A DNA stretch of 19,595 nt from Myxococcota bacterium (GCA_036339465.1 JAYZAY010000099.1:1-19595); one strand, 5' to 3'; positions 1 through 8,979 are shown, counted from the stretch's first letter. Notes: generated by a model not told the origin, from the sequence alone. Made by a program: numbers and translations.

Positions 1-350
1 GCGTCGATGTCATCTTCCCCTTGTCTGGGTTTTAGGCACTGAAAATCCTTTTCTATCAAGATTTTCAGGGTTTGATTTTCATCGAGGGTTTGGTCGTGGG
101 TTAGGGATACGAGATCGGTTTCGGCAAGTTCTTGTGCGAGATGCTTTGGGATGGTGATGGCAATGGTATTGGTTTCATAATTTGCGGTTATTTCTTCAAC
201 GTCGGCGCTACAAACGGCATAAGTGAGCGCACTGGGTGGGGCCAAGGAGAACTGAATTTTGGCGCTCACCTCATTGTGGTGCCCAATTTCTAAGACCTCA
301 GACTGGGTGAGGCGCAGTCTGAGACTATTGTTTAGAATTCTTATTTTCAT
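1..350 (-). CDS. DUF7009-like hypothetical protein, 3'-partial (runs off the left edge); absent from the ORF track
   Basis: My translation from ATG at 350 is MKIRILNNSLRLRLTQSEVLEIG...LKILIEKDFQCLKPRQGEDDIDA, open to position 1. The MK(I/L)RIxxNSxRLRLTxSEV and EKDFxCL..R.GED motifs match a small family I recall beside fdhD/fdhF-type genes. It overlaps the 3' end of fdhD by 26 bp. Confidence 0.8.
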   Translation of the reverse strand, partial: MKIRILNNSLRLRLTQSEVLEIGHHNEVSAKIQFSLAPPSALTYAVCSADVEEITANYETNTIAITIPKHLAQELAETDLVSLTHDQTLDENQTLKILIEKDFQCLKPRQGEDDID

Positions 351-1269
351 GGGGACCTTTCTCCGTGATTCGATAGGGGTGACTGTAGACGTTGCATCGT
401 TGCTCTCTGAGGAAACCTATCAGTGTGATATTGAAGGTTTCGGCGATTTCAATGGCCAAGCTTGAAGCGGCGCCCACCGCGGCCACAATCGGTATTTGAG
501 CGGCCAGGGCTTTTTGCATTATTTCGTAACTCACTCGACCACTTACTAGGGCGATCCTATGGATGGGAGTGAGCAAGTCTTGCTTAAGGGCATGACCGAC
601 CAATTTATCGAAGGCGTTATGTCGGCCAATGTCCTCACGGACATCCAAGAGATGACCACTGAAGTCGAAAAGGGCGGCTGCATGCAAGCCACCGGTCTCT
701 TCGAAAATAGATTGTTGGGTTCGGAGCGTGGTGGGTAGTTGGTGTATGGTTTCTGGGGCCACGTGGGCCGCGTCACTAAGTGGGACTGGATTTGAGTTGT
801 CTAAGGCCAGCGCTTGGAGTGATGATTTGCCACAAACCCCGCAACTCGAAGTTGAGGAAAAGTTTCTCTGAATGGGTTTTAGATCGATGTCTAAATGTTT
901 TTTTAGCTCCACTTGTAAGGTGTTGCTCGTGGTTCGGCCGGTTTCCGGGCTACCGCAGTGTTTGATTGAAACGATGTCATCGCTGTTTTTGATGATGCCT
1001 TCTGCGAAGAGAAATCCCGTGGCGAGATTTAGGTCGTCTCCGGGGGTTCGCATGGTGATGGTAAGAGGCACTCCCTCGTTTTTTTCCCCAACCTGCTTGG
1101 AGAGCCGAATTTCCAATGGGGACTCCACCACCACGGGATCGAGGGCGCTGGTGTAGACGTTCCGGTTAATTTTTGCGATCGGCTGTTTCTGGACCGACTC
1201 ATGATTGGTGTGCACATTATCCCCCAGCATTGGTCGCGAAGTCCTGCTTTTAGATGGACTCACTTTCAT
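325..1269 (-). CDS. fdhD: Formate dehydrogenase accessory sulfurtransferase FdhD
   Basis: Motifs: VVVESPLEI, TMRTPGDDLNLATGFLFAEGII, SSCGVCGK, TGGLHAAALF, REDIGRHNAFDKLVG, SGRVSYEIMQKA, SSLAIEIA. The true start may lie slightly downstream (ATG 1230 or GTG 1215). Confidence 0.96.
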   Translation of the reverse strand: MKVSPSKSRTSRPMLGDNVHTNHESVQKQPIAKINRNVYTSALDPVVVESPLEIRLSKQVGEKNEGVPLTITMRTPGDDLNLATGFLFAEGIIKNSDDIVSIKHCGSPETGRTTSNTLQVELKKHLDIDLKPIQRNFSSTSSCGVCGKSSLQALALDNSNPVPLSDAAHVAPETIHQLPTTLRTQQSIFEETGGLHAAALFDFSGHLLDVREDIGRHNAFDKLVGHALKQDLLTPIHRIALVSGRVSYEIMQKALAAQIPIVAAVGAASSLAIEIAETFNITLIGFLREQRCNVYSHPYRITEKGPHENKNSKQ

Positions 1270-1520
1270 TTGGAGCCATTAGCGGCTTTTGTCGCCAAAA
1301 ACAAACTGATAGGGCAGTATCGTGGCTCTGGTTTTTCCCCGGTGGATGCACTCCTTAGTCTGGACCGAAATATCTTGCGCCCAAATCCGTTTCTCCTACA
1401 AAAAGAAGGGCAAAAAGAAGAACATGTGTCCTTAAGTGCTTCTCGAAATCGACGATGATTGTGGGGAGAGACGCTGTGTCGCCTTGAGTAAAGCCCACAA
1501 ATTTTAGGGGAGTTAGCACC

Positions 1521-1817
1521 GTGAAACGATTTAGAGGACCGAGCATGGCCCGTGTGTTGGATAAAGTTAAGCGCGAGTTAGGGGCTGAGGCTTTTGTGTT
1601 GGAGACTCGACAGGTCAGAGGTGGGCTTCTGTGGGGCCAACAAATTGAAGTTCTGGCCACGACAGGCGATTGGGCAAATATCAAAAAAAACCGTCCTAGA
1701 ACAAAAAAGAATTCTGAGTTTAGGGAGAAACAAATTGTTTCTTTGCAGCGACAGGTTGCAGAACTAAGGGAAGATGTTCGGCAATTAACGGATGAACTCC
1801 AGCGCAAGCGCGCGTAA
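1521..1817 (+). CDS. Small protein resembling the N-terminal (B-domain) segment of FlhF plus a C-terminal coiled coil; no GTPase domain
   Basis: MKRFRGPSMARVLDKVKRELGAEAFVLETRQVRGGLLWG..IEVLA follows the FlhF N-terminal pattern (KxFxAxxMxEALxxVKxELGxDAVILxxRxVxxG...VEVxA). A GGGGAG SD precedes the GTG. The tail has heptads (IVSLQRQVAELREDVRQLTDEL). Confidence 0.7.
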   Translation: MKRFRGPSMARVLDKVKRELGAEAFVLETRQVRGGLLWGQQIEVLATTGDWANIKKNRPRTKKNSEFREKQIVSLQRQVAELREDVRQLTDELQRKRA

Positions 1818-1859
1818 ACCCTTCTTGAATCAAAGTCGATCTCTCTACGTCCATCTACA

Positions 1860-2450
1860 ATGGTTGTCTCTTTAGGAATTATCTTTGGTTTTCTTTTGGG
1901 TGGATCCCAAGACGCAGTTACGACGGATATCGGTAAAGCATTGGCTGCTGCGGCCTTGTTGCGTACTGAGGTTGTTGTGACTTATGACCCAAGTTATCGC
2001 GTTTTATCCTATCCAGGAGGCGATGTTCCCAACAACCGAGGTGTGTGCACGGATGTTGTTATTCGCGCCTTTCGTAAGGTGGGAATAGATTTACAAAAGT
2101 TGGTGCATGAGGATATGCTTCGGGCGTTTTCTGTTTATCCTCGTCATTGGGGGCTCACCAAGCCAGATAAGAACATAGACCACCGTAGAGTGCCGAATTT
2201 ACAAACATTTCTTAGCCGTCATGGAAAAAAACTGGGGCTTGGAAGGAATACAGCCGATTATAAGCCGGGTGATATCGTGACTTGGAATGTGGGTGCCCAC
2301 GGAAAAATCATTCCGCACATTGGGATCGTCACAGAGAAGCGCTCCAACGCAACGGCGCGTCCTCTGGTGGTCCATAATATAGGCTCTGGTCCAGAGCTCG
2401 AAGATATTCTATTCGACTATCCAATGACGGGGCACTATCGCTACAAATAG
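1860..2450 (+). CDS. DUF1287 (YijF-like) domain protein, probably exported
   Basis: Motifs: YDPSY..LSYPGGDVP..RGVCTDVVIRAFR..GIDLQKLVHEDM, DKNIDHRRVPNL, PGDIVTW, HIGIV, VVHNIG. The N-terminus is hydrophobic. Confidence 0.92.
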   Translation: MVVSLGIIFGFLLGGSQDAVTTDIGKALAAAALLRTEVVVTYDPSYRVLSYPGGDVPNNRGVCTDVVIRAFRKVGIDLQKLVHEDMLRAFSVYPRHWGLTKPDKNIDHRRVPNLQTFLSRHGKKLGLGRNTADYKPGDIVTWNVGAHGKIIPHIGIVTEKRSNATARPLVVHNIGSGPELEDILFDYPMTGHYRYK

Positions 2451-2568
2451 CTTGTTGGAGCGAGTTTCCAGACATTCCAATTCAGTATTTGAGCATGGAT
2501 TTTAGCTTGATTGCCCTGCTTGATTGTCTCGTCGCCAGAGTCATGGGCTTGGATGGGTGGGGTAAGAG

Positions 2569-2919
2569 TTAGAGGATATTCAGAACGTTTTCCGGGGGCC
2601 GACCGATGGCGGCTTTATTGTCGAAGCACACGATCGGGCGTTCTAGTAAGATGGGATAGTCAACAATGGCGCTGACGACTTCCGAGGTCTTACTTTGGGG
2701 CGATAAAGCGGCTTCCGTATATGCGGTTTCTTTGGAACGGACGATGTCGTGTGCATCCATGCCCAATTGATCGAGGAGGGAAGTTATTTCTGATTTTGTT
2801 GGTGGGGTTTTAAGATATTCTACGATCTTGGGATGATAGCCCCTCTCTTGTAGAAGTGCCAGAGTTTGTCGGCTTTTGGAACAACGTGGGTTGTGGTAGA
2901 GCGTTGGTTGTTTTGACAT
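2569..2919 (-). CDS. arsC: Arsenate reductase (glutaredoxin-dependent), ArsC family
   Basis: Motifs: YHNPRCSKSR, VEYLKTPP, PILLERPIV, AAIGRPPENVL. Confidence 0.93.
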   Translation of the reverse strand: MSKQPTLYHNPRCSKSRQTLALLQERGYHPKIVEYLKTPPTKSEITSLLDQLGMDAHDIVRSKETAYTEAALSPQSKTSEVVSAIVDYPILLERPIVCFDNKAAIGRPPENVLNIL

Positions 2920-3033
2920 TTAGGATTCTCTATGGGGTGTTTGGTTATTTCTACATCGTAGGTCGGGTAAGACACTGCGTATCTTTTGGAGTTTGTTTCG
3001 TTTTGAGCACGAAATTCTGATAATAATCAAGAC

Positions 3034-4197
3034 GTGAAGCTGATTTTTTCCATTTCATCCGGGTTATTGGAGCGTCTAAGAAAGTCGTTGGGGGTTTGTG
3101 ATAACACCGAACTTTTCAGTCGTGCACTGAAGGCGATGTGCGGGCACGGAGATGGTTTGCAGGTTCCGGAGTCCGTGGATGATGGGGACACGATTTCGGT
3201 TGAAGTGGAGGTATCCGACGAAGATTGGGCTCGCGCATCTGGAAAATTAGATGAGGCGTCCCCGGCCGAGGTGATGGTGGTGGCTTTAAACTGCCTTTCC
3301 TCCGCCAAAGAGTCTGCAGGGGATGAGCTGAGCATTAATTCTCAGATCTTTGGTCGGTATCTGGTGGAACAGAAGGTTGTGGATCTCAAGATGCTTATGA
3401 AGGCGGTAAGAGCCGCCAATTCTCAAGGGGTGCGCTTGGGCGATTTGGCCGTGGAGAAGAATTTTCTTAGCCGGGAAAAGGCAGAATATATCAATAGCCA
3501 ACAGGCACTCACGAAAAAACCGTTCGGCACTTTGGCTCTCGGTGAAAAGCTACTTACTGAGGCACAGATCGTTGAGCTTGTGGGCTTGCAGAAAGAGCGG
3601 CGCGGTGGGGTAGGAGAAGCGCTGATTAAGTTGGGGTTTGTAACTCAGGAGGCAATGGCAAAGTATTTTGCTCATTTTAAAGATACCCAAGAGCCCACCT
3701 TGGTGGGGCTCGATTCAACGGCGGGCAAGAGAGTGGTTCGAATGATTTTGGAGATATTTCCTGAATTGTCGAAATCACTCGCTGGGATCATCGTTGAGGT
3801 TGAGCCGGAACAGATGATTTTGCCACGACACCAGTATGAATACACGGCTGCGATTACCATGCGTGGTGATGCTACATGTACCGTGACCCTAAGTGTCAAT
3901 CGCGATTTTGCCAAAGTTATTATGTGGGGACTCTTTGGTTTGGATTATGTTGAGATGACTGAGATGTATCCAGATGGTGTTGGAGAATTCCTCAACATGC
4001 TGCTGGGGAATGCGGGCCGAGCGATGGATAAGGAAAGTATTCATGTCCAAGGTGACGCTCCTGATTTTGCGCCCGTATGGCCGGAAAACGGCAAAGCGCT
4101 TGCGTTCGCTGTGGTGGGGCAGATCCGGCCGGGAGCGACTGAGGTTACCCCCGTGGAACCGATGGCGAAGGGCAGCCTCATACTCTCCGACCTCTGA
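3034..4197 (+). CDS. Multidomain protein: N-terminal RHH-like region, four MshEN-like 29-aa repeats, C-terminal CheX-like phosphatase domain
   Basis: Repeats begin FGRYLVE, RLGDLAVE, FGTLALG and VGEALIKLG with a 29-aa period. The C-terminal part AAITMRGDATCTVTLS...DGVGEFLNMLLGN carries the CheC/CheX ExxN catalytic motif. Confidence 0.7.
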   Translation: MKLIFSISSGLLERLRKSLGVCDNTELFSRALKAMCGHGDGLQVPESVDDGDTISVEVEVSDEDWARASGKLDEASPAEVMVVALNCLSSAKESAGDELSINSQIFGRYLVEQKVVDLKMLMKAVRAANSQGVRLGDLAVEKNFLSREKAEYINSQQALTKKPFGTLALGEKLLTEAQIVELVGLQKERRGGVGEALIKLGFVTQEAMAKYFAHFKDTQEPTLVGLDSTAGKRVVRMILEIFPELSKSLAGIIVEVEPEQMILPRHQYEYTAAITMRGDATCTVTLSVNRDFAKVIMWGLFGLDYVEMTEMYPDGVGEFLNMLLGNAGRAMDKESIHVQGDAPDFAPVWPENGKALAFAVVGQIRPGATEVTPVEPMAKGSLILSDL

Positions 4198-4288
4198 GCC
4201 TCGCGCTGATTTTGATGTGGACTGTTTGGCTGTGCGCCTTCGTTTGTGCCTTTGGGCGGCTTTGGGGCAGGGGCCTACTGCTTTTCAG

Positions 4289-5221
4289 TTAGTTTTTAGC
4301 GCGATAGAGATCTCCACTAAATTTAAAAGCCAGTGCGATATATGGAAAGCTCTGAGCCGTATCCCCACCGGCTCGGTATGGATGTTCTAGGTACCAATTG
4401 ACCAAAAGAATGAGGGTGGGTTGGTCGAAACCGGTGCTCTCTTGTTTGTCATAAAAGCGGTAGGCCAGCATGGGGCCGATGCGGTGATTGCCCGGGTGAG
4501 GGCTCTCTGAAAGACCTAAATCCGTGAGCTTTTTGGTGCTGTAAATGGGGTTGTTCATGGAATAGCGGACCCCCGCCACGAGACCAAATCCGGATACATA
4601 GAGAAGATCTGTGTCATTGATGACGCACCATCCTTGGTTTTGGATCAGTCCATCGATGTAACTCTCATAAAAATAGATGTCTCCGTCATTGAGGTCCATG
4701 TTGTACCACTTTAATTGGAAATTGCTGACTAGGGCGATGGGGCCCAGCTTGCCCTGGAGTTTTGCGCCGAGGGCCAGTTCCGTGCCAAAACTGGCATAGT
4801 TCTGTCCTGCTTCTCCATTGGCCTTGAGGGTGTCATCGGTGTGTTTTACGTCAGGTCGGGCAAAGCTTTGTAGGCGATTGAAGGAGCCGAAGTATTGCAC
4901 AAAGTGCGCCGAGGCAGAAAGTTTCAAAACCGATAGGGGTTGGATGCTCAGCCCCATGCCAATATTGGTGAAAGCCGGGCTACTGAGTAGGGACAAGTCC
5001 AATCCGAAATAATTCTTTTCGTAGAGCGGGCTCTCGGATTTGTAGAGTTGGTATTGATAGGACGGTGTGAATTTCATACCGAGACCCAGTGGATTTGCCC
5101 GGAGGCCTATGAGGGTTTCATAGGTGATTTGGTGTTTGGCTGCATCTGCCTGGGGGTTCCAACTTAGGCAGAGCGGGAAAATGAGAAGCGCACGGAGAAA
5201 ACGACGGGACAACTTTGTCAT
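4289..5221 (-). CDS. Secreted hypothetical protein, probable outer-membrane beta-barrel
   Basis: Sec signal peptide MTKLSRRFLRALLIFPLCLSWNPQADA|A. It has many alternating aromatic/hydrophobic strands and ends YIALAFKFSGDLYRAKN. An AGGA SD precedes the ATG. Confidence 0.65.
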   Translation of the reverse strand: MTKLSRRFLRALLIFPLCLSWNPQADAAKHQITYETLIGLRANPLGLGMKFTPSYQYQLYKSESPLYEKNYFGLDLSLLSSPAFTNIGMGLSIQPLSVLKLSASAHFVQYFGSFNRLQSFARPDVKHTDDTLKANGEAGQNYASFGTELALGAKLQGKLGPIALVSNFQLKWYNMDLNDGDIYFYESYIDGLIQNQGWCVINDTDLLYVSGFGLVAGVRYSMNNPIYSTKKLTDLGLSESPHPGNHRIGPMLAYRFYDKQESTGFDQPTLILLVNWYLEHPYRAGGDTAQSFPYIALAFKFSGDLYRAKN

Positions 5222-5397
5222 TGTTCGTTCCTATGGAAATGGGTGAGTGAGGAGAGTCCCTATATAATTGTCGGGCCAGGCACGCCATGACTTTTTTGGC
5301 GTTCTTAGAGCCTTGGCGTTGAATCTTTGATGACAAGCCTTGACTGAGTCTTGGGCCGTGGCATTGGTTGCTTTGGGTCTTGAAAGAGGAGTTTGAA

Positions 5398-7125
5398 ATG
5401 TCGAGATTGATCCCAACCTTAAATGATATCGCTCGGAAGGCCATTAAAACGGCTTTGGATTTGGATGCGGAGCCTGTGGTTCGGGAGACCAATGATGCTC
5501 GTTTTGGGCATTACCAGATCAACGGTATTCTACCCTTGGCCAAAACTCTTAAAACCAACCCCCGTCAATTGGCAGATAAAGTTGCCGCTGTTTTAGGGGC
5601 AGAAGAGATGTTTCTTGAGCCGGAAGTGGCGGGCCCTGGCTTTATCAATCTTCGACTTGCCCCCGAATGGTTGGGAGCTCAGGTGGGCGCGGTGGCGGCT
5701 GATCACGAGCGCCTCGGCATCGAAAAAGTAGCGGAACCCGAATCCATTGTCATCGATTTTTCGAGTCCCAATGTCGCTAAGAAAATGCATGTTGGCCATC
5801 TTCGATCCACCATTATTGGAGATGCATTGGTCCGTGTTTTGAAGTTCCTTGGCCACAATGTGGTAGGCGACAATCATGTGGGTGATTGGGGAACGCAGTT
5901 TGGAATTCTCATTTGGGCCTGGCGAAATCGAGGATCAGACCTAGATTCCGAAGGGGTCACCATCGGGGATCTTGAGGAGCTTTATAAGGCAGGTACCGCA
6001 GCGAGTCAGGAGAGTCCGGCGATCAAAGATGCGTGTCGAGAAGAACTCGTAAAATTACAGGCGGGGGATGAGGCCAATTGTTCTCTATGGAAAAAATTTG
6101 TTGCGATTTCTCGGGAGGAAGCAGAACAAACTTATCGACGCTTGAACGTTGACTTCGATACGTGGCATGGGGAAAGCTTCTATCACGATGCTTTGCCGGG
6201 GGTGGTTGAAGAGCTGAAAACTAAAGGAATTGCCCGGCAAGACGAAGGGGCGATGGTGGTTTTCTTTGGCGAGGATTCTCCACTGAAAGATAGACCCTTC
6301 TTAATTCAGAAGAAGGACGGGGCTTTTCTCTATTCAACGACGGATATTGCGACGGTGCAATTCCGAATTCGGCAGCACCAGGCCAGTCGAATGATCTATG
6401 TGGTTGATGTGAGGCAGGGGCTTCACTTTAAGCAGCTTTTCAAAACCATTGAAATGCTTGGGATCGATACGCGCATGGAGCATGTTGGTTTTGGGATGAT
6501 GATGGGGGCGGATGGAAAACCTTTTCGGACTCGCGATGGTGGTACCGAAACTTTAGCGGCCCTCCTAGATGAAGCAGAAGACCGGATTTTACCTCGGGTG
6601 CTAGAGAAATGGCCGCAGCTATCGGAAGATGAGCAGCGTGATATTGCGACGCGCGTGGGTATTGGGGCGGTTAAATATGCAGACCTTTGTCAAAATTTGG
6701 CCACCGACTATAAATTCGATTGGGACAAACTTTTAGCAGCAGAGGGGAATACAGGGCCATACTTACAGTACACCCTAGTCCGCGTGCGTTCGGTTCTACG
6801 TGCGTATTCAGATAGGTTTGGTGGGGATTTTGTGACCGACGGTAAGCCGATTTCTTTAGGGACGGCAGAAGAGAGAGAATTGGCGGTCGAACTCTTGCGA
6901 TTCCATGATGTTTTGGGTGGTGTTGAGGAGAGTTTATTGCCCCATGGGTTGTGTGAGTATGTTTATGGTTTGGCGAGAAAGTACAATCCCTTCTATGCTG
7001 CTTGTCCGATTCTGATTTCCGAAGGTGAGACGTTAAGGTCTAGGATGACGCTCTGCGCGATGACTGCTAGGACCTTGGAACTCGGTTTGGGGGCCCTCAA
7101 TCTACCCCTACTTGAACGTATGTAG
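5398..7125 (+). CDS. argS: Arginine--tRNA ligase
   Basis: Motifs: FGHYQIN, VAGPGFINL, IDFSSPNVAKKMHVGHLRSTIIGD (HIGH-like), NHVGDWGTQFG, YSTTD, GNTGPYLQY, C-terminal LERM. I place the start at ATG 5398, after a GAGGAG SD, rather than at TTG 5368. Confidence 0.98.
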   Translation: MSRLIPTLNDIARKAIKTALDLDAEPVVRETNDARFGHYQINGILPLAKTLKTNPRQLADKVAAVLGAEEMFLEPEVAGPGFINLRLAPEWLGAQVGAVAADHERLGIEKVAEPESIVIDFSSPNVAKKMHVGHLRSTIIGDALVRVLKFLGHNVVGDNHVGDWGTQFGILIWAWRNRGSDLDSEGVTIGDLEELYKAGTAASQESPAIKDACREELVKLQAGDEANCSLWKKFVAISREEAEQTYRRLNVDFDTWHGESFYHDALPGVVEELKTKGIARQDEGAMVVFFGEDSPLKDRPFLIQKKDGAFLYSTTDIATVQFRIRQHQASRMIYVVDVRQGLHFKQLFKTIEMLGIDTRMEHVGFGMMMGADGKPFRTRDGGTETLAALLDEAEDRILPRVLEKWPQLSEDEQRDIATRVGIGAVKYADLCQNLATDYKFDWDKLLAAEGNTGPYLQYTLVRVRSVLRAYSDRFGGDFVTDGKPISLGTAEERELAVELLRFHDVLGGVEESLLPHGLCEYVYGLARKYNPFYAACPILISEGETLRSRMTLCAMTARTLELGLGALNLPLLERM

Positions 7126-7275
7126 GGGCCTATGTTTTTAGGGGATAGGTGTTTGGATTAAGCGGCCCACAAAACGAACTGTTTTACCGGCGTCATCTTC
7201 TCGTTGAAATACTGGCCGTCACGCGGGTGCAGAATTGTTTGTTGGTTGAGGTGTGCTCTCTGTTTCGGGGTAAGG

Positions 7276-7773
7276 TTATTCGCTGATATTTTCGGGGTCC
7301 CTAGGATTGTCTGCGACCTCATCACCGACATCGTTGGAATTCCTAAATGTCTGCATTTTGGTGTTGTAGTCCTTCAGAAGAAGGCGGGAAAACAGCGCGG
7401 GATTGACCGGCTTGAGTAGCCAGTTTTGACGGGTGTGGGTGTGGGTATGGGTATGGGTACTGGCGTTACTGGGGCCATGCTCACAGGTTTCGGTGCACAT
7501 CATGAACACCGTTGCGCGTTGGAATTTTTTATAGTCGTGTTCCGCCATTCGCTTGATGGTTGTGAATCCATCGATTCCTTCCATATGGACATCACAAACG
7601 ACATACCCAATGTCATTACGAGACTGAAAAATAGCCAGCCCCTCCTCACCCGATGCCGCTTCGACGATGCGCACGATTTCACCGCCGCTGGGCGAGGTCC
7701 CCACACCTCGAAAGGGCTTTCGCTGGGGCTCTTGATCATCGATAACCAGCAGAATATTGGGCGGGTGGTCCAT
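7276..7773 (-). CDS. Single-domain response regulator (CheY-like receiver) with a Thr-His repeat insertion
   Basis: The acidic pair (LVIDD), phospho-acceptor (VVCDVHMEGIDG), MCTE threonine and WLLKP lysine are all present. A GGAG SD precedes the ATG. Confidence 0.85.
   Translation of the reverse strand: MDHPPNILLVIDDQEPQRKPFRGVGTSPSGGEIVRIVEAASGEEGLAIFQSRNDIGYVVCDVHMEGIDGFTTIKRMAEHDYKKFQRATVFMMCTETCEHGPSNASTHTHTHTHTRQNWLLKPVNPALFSRLLLKDYNTKMQTFRNSNDVGDEVADNPRDPENISE
7431..7460. repeat. Imperfect 6-bp tandem repeat (GGGTGT)2(GGGTAT)2GGGTAC, encoding (TH)4T in the receiver protein
   Basis: Read directly from the sequence. Confidence 0.9.
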
Positions 7774-7888
7774 TTATAACTCCGATACAACGACTAATTC
7801 CATGCTAGAGTGGTTTGAAAAAGAAGACAAGGCTTTTTAATTCTTGGGAAGGGTCATTGGCCTTAGGAGACAGGTGTAGGAGGTTTTG

Positions 7889-8842
7889 ATGAGAATTGCA
7901 TTGGCGACTTGTTCTAATTTACCCGATTGGGAGATCGATGATCACGCCTTTTGGAAAGCGCTTGAGCGCGAGGGCATCGATTTTGATTGTGTTGTTTGGG
8001 ACAAGGCTTTGGTCAATTGGGCGAATTATGATGGGGTTTTGGTCCGTACTACCTGGGATTACCAGGAAAAGATTGAGCAATTTCAAAACTGGTTAACCAA
8101 GGTGGAAACCCAAACCAAAGTTTTGAATCCGGCGGCCGTGATGCGGTGGAATACGGAAAAAACATATTTGCGGGATTTGGCCGAACTGGGAGCACCTTTT
8201 CTGGATACTATTTGGCTACGGGCCGGAGAGCATGTGGATCTTGGGGAGGTATTGCAGGCCAAGGATTGGGAGGCCGGATTCCTGAAGCCTGTGGTGGGTG
8301 CCACGGCTCGGGAAACACTTCGTTTCACCACCCATGAGGCAGGCCTTAAACTGGCGCAAGCACATTTGGAGAGGCTACTTCCCCATGAAAGCCTGATGTT
8401 ACAACCCTATTGTCGAAGCGTAGAGGCGGTTGGTGAGTATTCGGCGCTTTATTTTGGGGGGCATTTTTCCCATGGGGTGCAAAAGATCCCCCTGCCCGGA
8501 GACTACCGGGTTCAAGATGACTTTGGTGCTTCTGATTGCCCCTATATCTTTTCAAAGTCCGACCGTGAGAGCATTCACCAGGTTTGGTTGGCCTTTGAAC
8601 GTTTCTGGGGAGGCAAGGTTCATGTAACCGACTTGGCCTATGGTCGTGTGGATCTCCTGCGAACCTCCGAGGGAAGATTGGTGCTTAATGAGTTGGAGCT
8701 CATTGAACCCTCGCTCTTCTTTCGTCACGACCCGGATTCTCCTAAGCGTTTGGCCAGGGTTATTGGGAGCTCATTTAGAGGGGCCCACGTGTCTGCGGCA
8801 GGGCGAGGGCTGTCTGAGTCAGGGAGATTGGCAGGGATTTAG
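7889..8842 (+). CDS. ATP-grasp protein (RimK/glutathione synthetase-like family)
   Basis: Motifs: VLVRTTWDY, NPAAVMRWNTEKTYL, FLKPVVGATA, LMLQPY, GEYSALYFGGHFSHGVQK, DYRVQDDFG, YGRVDL, LNELELIEPSLFF. An AGGAGG SD precedes ATG 7889. Confidence 0.9.
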   Translation: MRIALATCSNLPDWEIDDHAFWKALEREGIDFDCVVWDKALVNWANYDGVLVRTTWDYQEKIEQFQNWLTKVETQTKVLNPAAVMRWNTEKTYLRDLAELGAPFLDTIWLRAGEHVDLGEVLQAKDWEAGFLKPVVGATARETLRFTTHEAGLKLAQAHLERLLPHESLMLQPYCRSVEAVGEYSALYFGGHFSHGVQKIPLPGDYRVQDDFGASDCPYIFSKSDRESIHQVWLAFERFWGGKVHVTDLAYGRVDLLRTSEGRLVLNELELIEPSLFFRHDPDSPKRLARVIGSSFRGAHVSAAGRGLSESGRLAGI

Positions 8843-8885
8843 TTTGATTTCTGGGCGGCTCGCCGATGATTGAATCGCACCTGAA

Positions 8886-8935
8886 TGTAAACTTATGATT
8901 ACGCAATTTGGTGAGACTGTATACCAAATGATACA
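8886..8935. promoter_or_regulatory. Pair of imperfect 18-bp palindromes, candidate enhancer (UAS) sites for a sigma54 activator
   Basis: TGTAAACTTATGATTACG (8886-8903) and TGTATACCAAATGATACA (8918-8935) start 32 bp apart and resemble TGTA-N10-TACA. Confidence 0.5.
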
Positions 8936-8966
8936 AAAGTGGCTTTGTCTTGGAAGGGTTGTTATC

Positions 8967-8979
8967 TAAGTCATTGAAT
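8967..8979 (-). promoter_or_regulatory. Putative IHF site
   Basis: The minus strand reads ATTCAATGACTTA, one mismatch from WATCAANNNNTTR. It lies between the candidate UAS and the sigma54 promoter. Confidence 0.45.

Noticed and set aside
1355..1807. 150-aa minus-strand ORF and the other short antisense or overlapping ORFs in the track (e.g. 3027-3335, 5118-5492, 7426-7779, 16045-16431, 18478-18714, 19123-19464)
   Set aside because: They are shadow ORFs overlapping better-supported genes, with no recognisable motifs.
2569..2919. Arsenic resistance operon
   Set aside because: arsC is solitary, with no arsR, arsB/acr3 or arsA nearby. This is ordinary for the family.
4195..4230. Sec recoding at other TGA-terminated genes (the CheX fusion here; also the DksA-like gene ending at 11926)
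   Set aside because: I found no SECIS-like hairpin at the expected distance, and the domains are complete before the stop.
5368..5397. N-terminal extension of ArgS from TTG 5368
   Set aside because: A GAGGAG SD directly precedes ATG 5398, which is the better start.
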